Assembly: GCA_030141605.1 (NCBI GenBank) | Contig: JAQGDQ010001705.1 | Location: forward strand, 1 to 28,449 | Length of the DNA: 28,449 bases | Source of the DNA: Tubiluchus corallicola | Taxonomy: Eukaryota > Animalia > Priapulida | Direction: 5' to 3' | In this document: piece by piece, positions 1-10,872 of the stretch | Layout: every line of letters begins with the position of its first letter | Numbering within the stretch: position 1 is the stretch's first letter | The notes under the pieces: model-generated | The model's input: the letters and a program-made list of their open reading frames with translations, nothing else | Told to the model about the DNA's origin: nothing | The model's database searches: none | Program-made: the position numbers and the translations under genes

Positions 1-240
1 TAAATGGAGCGGTAGTTGTATGGAAGAAGACGACTAGTGGTTGTAGTCATTGTTATCATGAGGTGAAGTACTAAGCGGAGTCCCACAAGGATCTGCACTT
101 GGACCTGATGTGTTATTAATCTATATAAATGACGATATTTCCAGTGCTATTCTAAAGTTTCCTGATGACACCAAAGTTTACCAAGCAGTGGGTAGTTCTG
201 CAGAAGCCTCTACCACATAAGAAGACTTGAGCAGAATGAC
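1..240 (+). mobile_element. Degenerate CR1-type LINE reverse-transcriptase fragment (truncated by window edge)
   Basis: From 62 the + strand reads GEVLSGVPQGSALGPDVLLIYINDDISSAILKFPDDTKVYQ, matching the non-LTR RT motifs GVPQGS-LGP, YIND and (F/Y)ADD, the last decayed to FPDD. An in-frame stop follows. Confidence 0.85.
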
Positions 241-2121
241 AATTTCCTAACAGAATGTTTTAGTTACGGATGACTTAAGCACTGTTATCTCCAAACAGAA
301 ATGGAATGACGTTTAGAAAAGCCTCTCATGTTCTCATGGCTTTGTGTTATGAATACAGTTTGCAATCAAACACCATTAAAACTAAAATAACAGCAAAAAT
401 GGTAGTGGTACAGATTAGTAGTCAATTTAAATTAAAACATTGTCTCTATTTCTCACTGTTTAGGTGATGTACGTTGTATATCTTGCATCTATTGTTGCAG
501 CAAGATGATAAACATTTTTTGCAAAGTAAGATCGACAGAAATTATAATCAAATATTTTAGTCTCATCTCATTTTCAGAAAAGTGGAACCCTAAAGGCGTT
601 TTTGTTAGAGTGGGCAACATTGCCAGTCTTATCAATTTCACTTTGCTGAATCCAAAAAATGCTGTTACCAGCTCAAAAAATAAGCAGAAATTGATTAAAA
701 AGACAAAAAAGAAAAACAAAATGGTCGCCCAAGTTTTTCCAGAAACAATGTAAATTAAGATAGATTTTCAGAAAATTAAATTAAGAAGCCAATATGACAT
801 CAATACCAGGATAGCCTGATGCGAAGAACCCATTTCTATCATTTCCATTTCCAAAATAACTATCACTTTCAAAATGGCCGCCACACGATAATGCAGGTCA
901 TGCAGTTACATGAACAATTTCATAAGATTCATTATGCAAACAAAAAAACAATAAATCGGATCATCTTGAATCCAGAGAGCTGCTTCTAGCCCAAAAATAA
1001 TGCAAAGCGATTCAAGCAGCCCAATAAGCAAAAACAAAATGGCCGACAGGATAGCAACATAATTGTCTAGCAGAATGTGAAAAATCTAATCTTTTCACTT
1101 AAGTTACAAAATTTTGCACTATGTTAAAACCAATCAAGGTGATTAATGTTGGATGTGAGAGAAATCTTGTGAGAAAAAATGACTTTATGGTTGAACTCAA
1201 GCATCCTCAATGCACGAGATTGACTAACACCAAATGAAGCTGCTATCTTTACCAAAAGATGGAATATGGATGTTGAAGAAAATAAGCAGAAGAGCTGTGC
1301 GTACTGATTACAAGAAAGTCAAATTGTTAGAATTTGCTCTCTAAGCTTTAAAGGAAGACAGGATGATTTTTCATACACTACACCATTTTCAAGTCTGATA
1401 AAAAGTATAGACCTCAACACAATTAACCCTGCAAAAGCGCTAGTGATAACTAAATAATAGATTTTAGCCTTAATTAATTAATCTTAAAAAAACTTAATTA
1501 AAGGCATCAGAAACTAACATAATTTTCAATAGCAAAAGTATTCCAAGAGCATTTTGCACGTGTTTGTGAAAGTTAAAATCGAAGAACAGTATTTACTGTA
1601 GGATATTCAGTGTGTTGTACTAAAACTAGGCAAATTTTAAGATAAAAATTCAAATTTACCACTCGGTTCACACATGAGCCATTGAACGTGTATAGTTCAA
1701 CACAAACTAACACATCTGTTCTGAGAGGTACAGCACCTGCTTTTCGAAATGCCGAAATGGCGAAACTAGCAAATGGCGAAATGCATGTAACAGTAAAGAA
1801 CTAGTGGCGCGATCGTAAAATCATGTTTGTGTGGTAATCGTTCTTTCATTTTAGTCATTTTTGAAAAAAATATTGTGTTTCCTTTCAACATTTTAAAGAT
1901 TAGATTGTTTTGACCTACAGATTTAGATCTGGTTTTGCCTTAAGAAAGACTAGTTTAGTTTTTGTTCTTTCATTCAACTGGCTTTTAATAAAGTAGAAAA
2001 CACCACATATTTTACTGCAACAACGATAATTTTGTATTTCAAATCAATTCGAATAAATAGTTTTTAATAAATTACAAACAATATTATATTATTGATGATT
2101 TTTTGCCAAATTTGCATTAAT

Positions 2122-2321
2122 TCACGTGATTTGTAATCTGCTACGGTTATGGCTACGGTTACGTAAATTCTTCGATTCTTGGTCATGACGTTTTTCTCGT
2201 TTCTGTTTCAGTTTTCGTTTAACACAAGTAACGAGTAACATCAGTCCACCGCTAGCTCCAATCAGAGCTCCCATCATATAGAAAGTTGCGTCATAGTTTT
2301 GTGTGATGTCATATATTAATC
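2122..2321 (-). CDS. SLC16: SLC16 last coding exon ([18 protein letters not shown]...RLQIT*)
   Basis: 200 nt, absent from the ORF track. Acceptor ctctttcatattag|GA; final TM plus a basic tail; TGA at 2124-2122. Confidence 0.9.
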
Positions 2322-5300
2322 CTAATATGAAAGAGAGATGTCATTAGGATAGCAATTACTGATTTTAGTAAAAACAGAATGAACATGACGGAGCATTACT
2401 GATGTGACTGCCACATGTGCACATAGGATTATTAAGAAGAAAGACAGAACATGTTGCAATTGCCACATATATGTATAGCATTATTAACAACAGAAAGAGA
2501 ACATGCATGTTGCAACTGCCACATATGTGTATAAAGCATTGTTAACAACAGAGAGAAAACATGCATGTTGCAACTGCCACATATGTATATAAAGCATTGT
2601 TAACAACAGAGAGAGAACATGCATGCAGCAATTGCCACATATGTATATAAAACATTGCTATGCACAGTGACAAAACATGCATGCAGCAATTACCTCACGT
2701 GTATATAAAGCATTGTTACAAACATGCGGGCAACATACGACAATATGGTTAAGAAAAGACTGAAGTATCTAAGGAAGAAACTTTTGAGACATCCTGTTCT
2801 AGTTGTAAAGTATAATTTAGTATGGCCTTGCAATTCTTTTAAACAAACACTTTGCTGAGGACGTGTCAATAGATGCAAAGAAACAAGTGCTATTCCCCCA
2901 ATATTTTCTGCACTGCATAACATTCGTGTTGAAAAAACCATAAGAGGAACAATTTAACGGGTCTTTATGTTTCAAATAGGTAACGTACCATCATCAAAGC
3001 ACATTCATAAGTTCACGGGCAAATTCTGATGTGGCCTTGGATGCCTCTTAAAAATGTGCACGTGTTTGTACAGAAATTTACGCATTCAAGCTAACCAACT
3101 CTCTAACAAACTAATCATCTCTCCTAACCAACAAGAGAAATTGTTCTGTTAATGGAAAACAAGTAGGAAAATTACCCACCAGCTAAAGGAGTGCCAAGAA
3201 CCATCCCCGTTCCTTGGAAGAGCAACAAAAGTCCAAAGCCGTTAGTGAGTTTTTCAATTCCAATCAGATCAACTAGCAAAACGGAATTTAGTGCTGAAAA
3301 ACAACCTAACAAAAAGAAAATGATGAGTATTTTTATGCCCTTGTCTGCATTGCCAAGAGGCCATCTCATTGTCTATTCAAGTATACGTAAGTAACGAGAC
3401 GTTATCGTGGTCCTGCTTTACTAGGAAGTGTTTGTTTTCCCTAAGTCAAAAACAGTTCCACTAAAAACACTTCGTTAGGTATTTTCTCATAAGATGGCAG
3501 CACATTCTATCTTTCAGGTGTCCTACAGGAGCTGGTTTCGTTGTTGCAGAAGTAACAATACCTGGAACAACCTTGCTACATCTTTTGCTTGTAAAAATGG
3601 CTGCAATTGTTTGGAAAGCTTATCAATCATAGTTCTTAGCTTTGTTAGCGTTGCTCCATTTCTAATCAATATTAATAAGAAAGTTATGTGGCAAAACGTC
3701 AGAAAGGAAAGAAACAAAAATCTCCTTTCTTGGACGAAGTTTAAGACCAGAGCAAACTTGAGATTTGCTAGCCAAGAACGATTCCAGGGATACAGGTAGT
3801 GATGGTAACGCTTTGATGAGGAAGCAGGTAGTGATGGTAACGCTCTAATGAGGAAGCTTTGCTAGCCAAGAACGATTCCAGGGATACAGGTAGTGATGGT
3901 AACGCTTTGATGAGGAAGCAGGTAGTGATGGTAATGCTCTAATGAGGAAGCTTCGCTGGCCAAGAACGATTCCAGGGATACAGGTAGTGATGGTAACGCT
4001 TTGATGAGGAAGCAGGTAGTGATGGTAACGCTCTGATGAGGAAGCTTCACTAGCCAAGAACGATTCCAGGGATACAGGTAGTGATGGTAACGCTTTGATG
4101 AGGAAGCAGGTAGTGATGGTAATGCTCTGATGAGGAAGCTTCACTAGCCAAGAACGATTCCAGGGATACAGGTAGTGATGGTAACGCTTTGATGAGGAAG
4201 CAGGTAGTGATGGTAATGCTCTAATGAGGAAGCTTCGCTGGCCAAGAACGATTCCAGGGATACAGGTAGTGATGGTAGTGCTTGATGAGGAAGCAGGTAG
4301 TGATGGTAATGCTCTGATGAGGAAGCTTTGCTAGCCAAGAACGATTCCAGGGATACAGGTAGTGATGGTAGTGCTTGATGAGGAAGCAGGTAGTGATGGT
4401 AATGCTCTAATGAGGAAGCTTCGCTAGCCAAGGACGATTCCAGGGATACAGGTAGTGATGGTAGCACTTTGATGAGGAAGCAGGTAGTGATGGTAATGCT
4501 CTAATGGGGAAGCTTCGCTAGCCAAGGACGATTCCAGGGATACAGGTAGTGATGGTTGCGCTTTGATGAGGAAGCAGGTAGTGATGGTAACGCTCTAATG
4601 AGGAAGCTTCGCTAGCCAAGGACGATTCCAGGGATACAGGTAATGATGGTAGCGCTTTGATGAGGAAGCTTCAGGTAAGCAATTAATGTGCCTTATAAAT
4701 TTTCACACGAAGAAAAAATGACAGTTAGTCTTTCAGTAAAAAGGAGAAATGTCTGCAATGTTTATCTTTTAAGGTATCTATTCATCTACCTATCACATCG
4801 CAATCTACTACAACAGCTAATGTAGTCAGTATTGTGAATTTGATGCAATGCTTACAAACGGCCGGAGTGCACTTACATACGTAAAAGGCTGTTGTATCAT
4901 AATAAAGCTTTTCACAGTTTTGCTATGCGCAAGCCCAGTTGCTGCAAGTCAAAGGTAAAGTGAACAAAGCATGTTAACTATAAGCATCATATGACACATT
5001 TATAAAGAACAGCCGTCTGCCGCATCAGTTCAGTCATGTCAGTAAGGTGCTCTACCTGGACTTTACCTAGTTATGCATTACTATGCATATTGCCTATGCG
5101 TAAATATGCTTTGCTAGCAGAATGTTGCTTAGGAACAAGAACTACGAACAAGGTAACGTTCTAGCTAGCTGCTAAAACCGTTACTATTACAACAACATGT
5201 GCAGCGAGGTGATGCTAAGTATGTTGTTAGATTCACTTAATGTTTGACTTTTTCATGACCGCTGTGACGTACTGCCTACTGGACATTGCCATGCCACTGC

Positions 5301-8300
5301 CATTGTTCTCCTCAAACGCAGATCCAAAGCAACCGTAGTCAAAGGGTTAAAAATTTACATTCTAAAACGTTTAGTACATTACATTAAAACGTCTCTATTT
5401 AATTTTTTCGTTGAAGATGTCTCAGCATTTCAATATTGTATTAATACTTAATCGTTCTGCCTGTGTATTTAATTGGACTTTGCTAATGTTGTCTCAAAAT
5501 AGTGAAATGTGTTGATCTCTGAATTAGCGACACTGTGGAAGTTGTAATTGTACATTTTAATTAGGTGCTGCCATCTATGAACTAATCCTGTTACTCTACC
5601 AGCTACTTACCCCCAGTATAATTGTACGGTCCAGTGAATGCATATTCATTGGATCTCTCCCTATTTTACAGTAATGGTTTATGTGAAGCCTGTCTGCATT
5701 AATCACCTATACGTATATATATTGACTGGTTTTAGTTTCTAGTCACTGTCTAACTCTCAGTGTTCAGTGCAGGACACTCTCATTCTCAGTGTTCAGCGTA
5801 GCAGTCATTCTACATATGTGTATGTAGCTTAATAAACACTTTTCTGTGCAAATATGTAGTAAAGTTTTTTATTCTTGTTCTACAAAGTGAGTGATCTACA
5901 ACTTTAAACATGACTTTCACAAACACGTTGAAACTCACCAATGGATATGCCATAAACAGCTGCATACATGGCTAACGTTGTCGTTGTCCTACAGTAACTG
6001 GTCAGTATGCTTGCCAGACTGCAGATAAGTAGGGCACCCGTGTAGACGTAGAACTTTTTCACATGTTTGTTATTAGACACAACTGCTAAAGTCAATCGTC
6101 CAACGGCACCGGCAATGCCGACAACGGAAATCAACTTTGCACCATCCGCTTTTGAATAACCCAACTTGACGGCACGATCGGGAAGGTAATAAAACGGCAC
6201 AAACATGCCAAGGCAGGTTAGAAAGTTGCAAACGGCAAACAACAGAAACAAGACGTCTGTCAGAAGAGAAAAATCCATCATCTGACCGACGACATCCACA
6301 ATGGGTTTGGGCAGACACTTGCAGAGGACAGCCAATGACTTCCTTGTCGATTCTGGAGGTAGAGATGCTGTGCTAGCCACGTGCTGCTCACACTCTGGGA
6401 TTTCCAGGAGACTTCCTGCGTAGAAAATATCCTTTCTGTACAAAATGCCCATCGTGGAATTAACCCTCGTGACCGGAAGTTGTGACCTGTATGCTCGACC
6501 TGCATCGTGGTGTTTCGCTTGAAGGAGGGAGTTTGCATTTCTTGAACGCTGTCTACCACCTCCTGGCCTGCAAGCAACTGTCAGTTGAGTATCTGACATG
6601 CTAGTTCGAGAAAGATCAAACACAATGTCCGAGAATTCACCTTGGACAGCGTCCGTAACAGAAAGTTTTTTCTTCCTTCTCATTCTGTTCAAGTCTTGGG
6701 TTGTTGGGCTAGGATCAACAGTTGCTCGTATCGATCTTTGCTTTTCACCAGAAGTGTGGCTGGTGGACTTCACAGGAATGGGTCCCGCATCAAAGAATGA
6801 CTCCAAGTCGTCACCATGGGCCTTTGTCAGACGACTCCGACTTTCGCCAACATCACTTCTGTAACTCGAAGATGTTTGGTCTGTGACTACGTGCTTCCAT
6901 TCAATCGGTCTCATGAGGGAACCACACACGGCAATGTTTAGCGTAATTGAACCCAGAATGAGCATAGCACCCTGCCAGGTGTACATGCCAATAAGATATT
7001 CCAGCAGTGGAGCAAAGATAAACGTTCCCACTCCTGATCCACAACACGTTATACAAATTGCCGTAATTCTCTTATGTTCAAAATAATGGTTGACTGCTAT
7101 TACACATGGCAGGTAGGATAAACCGAATCCAAGCCCTATAAAGCACATTTCAAGTTATTTCAAGTAGTGCATAGATCCGATAAACAGCCAAAAAGTGATA
7201 TTTTCAAAATGGAAATTGCATGCAACGTATGAAGTGATATAAGCATCATTATGAGTGATATAAGTATGAAGTGATATAAGTATCATTACAAGTGATATAA
7301 GTATGAAGTGATATCAGTATCATCACAAGTGATATAAATATGAAGTGATATAAGTATCATTATAAGTGATATATATATGAAGTGATATAAGTATCATTAT
7401 AAGTGATATAAGTATGAAGTGATATAAGTATCATTACGAGTGATATAAGTATGAAGAGATATAAGTATCATTACAAGTGATATAACTATGGAGTGATATA
7501 AGTAGCATTACAAGTGATATAAATATGGAGTGATATAAGTATCATTATAAGTGATATAAATATTAAGTGATATAAGTATCATTACAAGTGATATAAGTAT
7601 GAAGAGATATAAGTATCATTACAAGTGATGTAAGTATGAAGTGATCTTCGAATCAAAATAGTGGTTGGACTGCTATTTTTCATGGCAGGTAGGATAAACC
7701 AAGTGAAAGCCCTATAAAGCACATTTCTTGCTGGCGTGCATAAATCAGATAAACTGGCAAAACGTGATGTTTACAAAACGGAAATTGATGCAACGTGTGA
7801 AGTGATATATGGCGGAATTTAAATATCTATACGAACCAGTTATAAACCCGTAGGAAAAGCAAAGAAAGGTAACATTTGGCACAAAGCTGCTGAGGACACA
7901 CCCAGTTGCTGCGAGGATACTTCCAGATATTGTGACGACACGACATCCATATCTATTCGTCAGTGCACTTGCAATAGGTCCTATAGTATGATTATATTTT
8001 AAACATGAAAATTAAATAAAGATTTTTGAATGGCAAGTTTTCCTACATTAAGTACACTACAGGTGCTACCTCACTTCCTGTGTGACTACAGGTGCTACCT
8101 CACTTCCTGTGTGACTACAGGTGCTACCTCACTTCCTGTGAGATTGCTGTGTGATTAGTTGTTAGATGCAATAGAGTCAATCATAGGTGCAATAATACAT
8201 TAAGCACACTACAGTTGCTACCTCCCTTGCTGTATGACTACAGGTGCTACATCACTTCCTGTGTGATTACAGACGCTAAATTACTTCCTGTGTGACTACA

Positions 8301-10293
8301 GGTGCTACCTCCCTTGCTGTGTGATTAGTTGTTAAATGCAATAGAAACAATAATAGGTGCAATAATACATTAAGCACACTACAGGTGCTACCTCACTTCC
8401 TGTGTGACTACAGGTGCTACATCACTTCCTGTGTGACTACAGGTGCTACATCACTTAATGTGTGATTACTTGTTAGATGCAATAGAAAGAATCATAGGTG
8501 CATTAAAGTATTAAAGGTGAATTTTTTCTTTCACCATTATTGGTTAGCAAACAGCGAAGTTCAACTAATCCGAGCAAGTCAAGCATATTTTAGTCTGTCT
8601 GAGCAGCTTGTTGTGGGCTGGGTTCAGACTCTGCTAATAAATTAGCATGTAGCTGCATAAGAAAAAAAACCATTTAATCTGAAATGCTTTGTGAATATTT
8701 AGCGGTGTAGATAATCAGTAGCGTAAGCTTATCTGTTACGTTTAGTTCGTTTGGTTTTATTGACATTGCTTAATCTAAGTGTGCCAGATTTGTTAATTTT
8801 GGCAATATCTGTAAAATTGCTTAATCTAAGTGTGCCAGATTTGTTAATTTTGGCAATATCTGTAAAATTGCTTAATCTAAGTGTGCCAGATTTGTTAATT
8901 TTGGCAATATCTGTAAAATTGCTTAATCTAAGTGTGCCAGATTTGTTAATTTTGGCAATATCTGTAAAATTGCTTAATCTAAGTGTGCCAGATTTGTTAA
9001 TTTTGGCAATATCTGTAAAATTGCTTAATCTAAGTGTGCCAGATTTGTTAATTTTGGCAATATCTGTAAAATTGCTTAATCTAAGTGTGCCAGATTTGTT
9101 AATTTTGGCAATATCTGTAAAATTGCTTAATCTAAGTGTGCCAGATTTGTTAATTTTGGCAATATCTGTAAAATTACACTTCATAAACTTATTTTCTTTA
9201 ATTGCAAGCAAACATGGCCACTACAAGTTTCTGGGACTGCTGCATATAGAAAAAACTAATTCATTTTCATCTGCGAACATTGGCTAGATTCATATAGTCT
9301 ATTAATTTTGTCACAATTTGTAAAGTCCTTTATACAGTTTTTGCGAACTATATAGAAATTGTCATTATTTATGTTTCTGCATGATTAAGAACCAGCCTTT
9401 TTTTATTATAGTTTTTTAATTTCATTTCGGATAGTGTGGACATTAACAACTGATGCTTCAAATCTACATTGTTAATGTAATAATATCCTATAACTCAAAC
9501 CAAGGAGTAAGAAGATAATAATGTTATTAACCCTTTCATACCCGTTGTATACCGTGGGATGCGAGAATATTTTCTGCCTTTAAAATTAATAAAATTTCAA
9601 AACTGACAGTTATTTGATCTGTTAATAGTTATTTTGATTTAAGCCAATAACAATAGACTAAAAATGGTGATAAAATGGCAAACTAGAAAATCTACATAGC
9701 ATAAAAACTGTGCAAGGTACAGTACTTTAGAGACGACTTTGTATAGATCAGCATAGCATGCATACTAAATGTCTTAAATAGTTTTAAAAATTATCAGCAT
9801 TTGCAAAATGAAGCACATTTTATGCTTCCATTGAATCCCAATGTATCCCGTGGGATACAGGCTATATTTAGCACGCGGGCACGGGTAGAAAAAAATTATT
9901 AATTGTAAACAAGATGGACATACTGAACAAAAGTACCAACCGAAAAAAAATTTCTTATTAAAAAAATAATTTGTGACTGAAAGGGTTAAACTTATTACCA
10001 CTAAAGCTGGTTATGCCATGCATTACTGCACTGATGACGGAAACTTTTACGGCGCTCGTTTTGAAATATTCAAGAAATTCCACGATGAAGACTCCACCGG
10101 AATATACGATGCCCCAGAGAATGAAATGTAGCATAAATGAAGCGAATACCACCATCCAACCCCAGCCCCCATCAGGAGCGACAGGCAGGGGGGTGGAGAT
10201 GCGAGGACTGGCGTCTCCGTGGCGTGTGCCCTCTGTACGACTCTGTCTCATAGAGCTGACGCGCTTTTCAACTGATGGCGATGCAGTCGTCAT
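2122..10293 (-). CDS. SLC16: SLC16 monocarboxylate-transporter family gene (MFS, large central loop), 5 coding exons: 10293-9999, 7980-7837, 7135-5939, 3305-3180, 2321-2122; 1962 nt, 653 aa
   Basis: Contains the PDGGWGW signature, the YFEHKRITA motif after TM4, [12 protein letters not shown] in the loop, and a C-terminal [17 protein letters not shown]. All four introns are GT-AG, phase 1, and the exon lengths sum to a multiple of 3. Paralog identity cannot be assigned. Confidence 0.92.
2370..2740. repeat. Degenerate ~58-bp tandem repeat (~6 copies) in SLC16 intron 4
   Basis: TGCCACA anchor recurs at 2409, 2461, 2517, 2575 and 2633, with a decayed copy near 2691. Confidence 0.85.
3180..3305 (-). 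CDS. SLC16: SLC16 coding exon 4 ([25 protein letters not shown]...GTPLA)
   Basis: 126 nt. Acceptor ttttctttttgttag|GT, donor G|GTGGGT; phase 1 is required by the next exon. Confidence 0.9.
3767..4675. repeat. 94-bp minisatellite, ~10 copies, each with two 32-bp subunits
   Basis: GCCAAG anchor at 3771, 3865, 3959, 4053, 4147, 4241, 4334, 4427, 4521 and 4615. Subunit CAGGTAGTGATGGTAACGCTTTGATGAGGAAG. Confidence 0.95.
5939..7135 (-). CDS. SLC16: SLC16 coding exon 3 ([10 protein letters not shown]...VYGISIG)
   Basis: 1197 nt within ORF 5904..7148. Acceptor tttatag|GG, donor G|GTGAGT. Confidence 0.93.
7228..7646. repeat. AT-rich minisatellite of alternating ~16/21-bp AAGTGATATAAGTAT(G/CATTAC) units
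   Basis: Directly visible in SLC16 intron 2. Confidence 0.92.
7653..7810 (-). repeat. Diverged duplicate of the SLC16 intron 2/exon 3 boundary (source ~7078-7243)
   Basis: Shares CATGGCAGGTAGGATAAACC and AAGCCCTATAAAGCACATTTC with the source, offset ~575 bp. Confidence 0.9.
7837..7980 (-). CDS. SLC16: SLC16 coding exon 2 ([27 protein letters not shown]...FSYGFIT)
   Basis: 144 nt, absent from the ORF track. Acceptor ctatag|GA, donor G|GTTCGT; typical MCT TM2-TM4 sequence. Confidence 0.92.
8044..8505. repeat. 29-bp tandem units (GACTACAGGTGCTACCTCACTTCCTGTGT) nested in a ~150-170-bp higher-order triplication
   Basis: TACATTAAG(T/C)ACACTACAG restarts near 8044, 8197 and 8367. Confidence 0.88.
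8765..9174. repeat. Perfect 51-bp tandem repeat, 8 copies, in SLC16 intron 1
   Basis: Unit ATTGCTTAATCTAAGTGTGCCAGATTTGTTAATTTTGGCAATATCTGTAAA. Confidence 0.97.
9531..9985. mobile_element. Non-autonomous piggyBac-type element (MITE), 455 bp
   Basis: TTAA on both sides (9527-9530, 9986-9989); terminal inverted repeats CCCTTTCA/TGAAAGGG; paired subterminal palindrome TGTAT(A/C)CCGTGGGAT(G/A)C near 9547 and 9842. Confidence 0.75.
9999..10293 (-). CDS. SLC16: SLC16 coding exon 1 (MTTASPS...[12 protein letters not shown]...HGITSFSG)
   Basis: ATG in good Kozak context (GAAACCATGA); PDGGWGW motif; donor G|GTAATA. Confidence 0.9.
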
Positions 10294-10872
10294 GGTTTCC
10301 ACAAGCTATCGACACCCTTTTTGGGAAATGATATTTCAGCACAATTGTGGCAAAAAGAAATTTTTGCCATTAGTACATATTTTGTAAAACCAATAATGTA
10401 CTAAACATTGAAATTCATTAAGACTCATTTTAGCCCGTGAAAAAGGTGCTGCAAATTAATGTTCATGTTTGAATGATGTCAAAATCAACTAGCACAGAAC
10501 ATTCACAATCACTATGAGTGTTTAAATTCTAAAATTGTTCCATTTCTTCTGTTTGTGACAAACTGTTTACTTCTAGAATATAACCATTGTCTTATTCCTC
10601 TTAACTGAACAAAGGCAGTTAAAAGAAGCCAATAGAGCCTAGCATGATGAGAAATGATGACACGGTGAAAAAAATAAAGGAGTATGACACAAGTATTAAA
10701 GGCATTAAAAGGCAACAAAGACAAAATAGAGATTTTCATTTTAAAGTCATCGGAAGCTCAGGTAGAAGATTCGCTAGCAATAGCTCACACAGACAACTTG
10801 AATAATTCCGCTGAACATTTCTGAATGGCTTCTGAATTATAACTTTAAATGTGTATAAAACTTCGTAGAATT

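Noticed and set aside
3845-4467. His/Leu/Ser-rich ORFs
   Set aside because: Translations of the 94-bp minisatellite; frames shift with unit length.
5237-5350. Second piggyBac-like relic (right end GTCAAAGGGTTAA, left TTAATGTTTGAC)
   Set aside because: The left end lacks CCC; too degenerate to call without other copies.
5630-5653. Hairpin TCCAGTGAAT-GCAT-ATTCATTGGA
   Set aside because: An isolated short palindrome, perhaps a repeat remnant, with no element boundaries or RNA-gene features.
8729-9287. 160-aa and 178-aa ORFs on opposite strands
   Set aside because: Artefacts of a 51-bp (17-codon) perfect repeat inside an intron.
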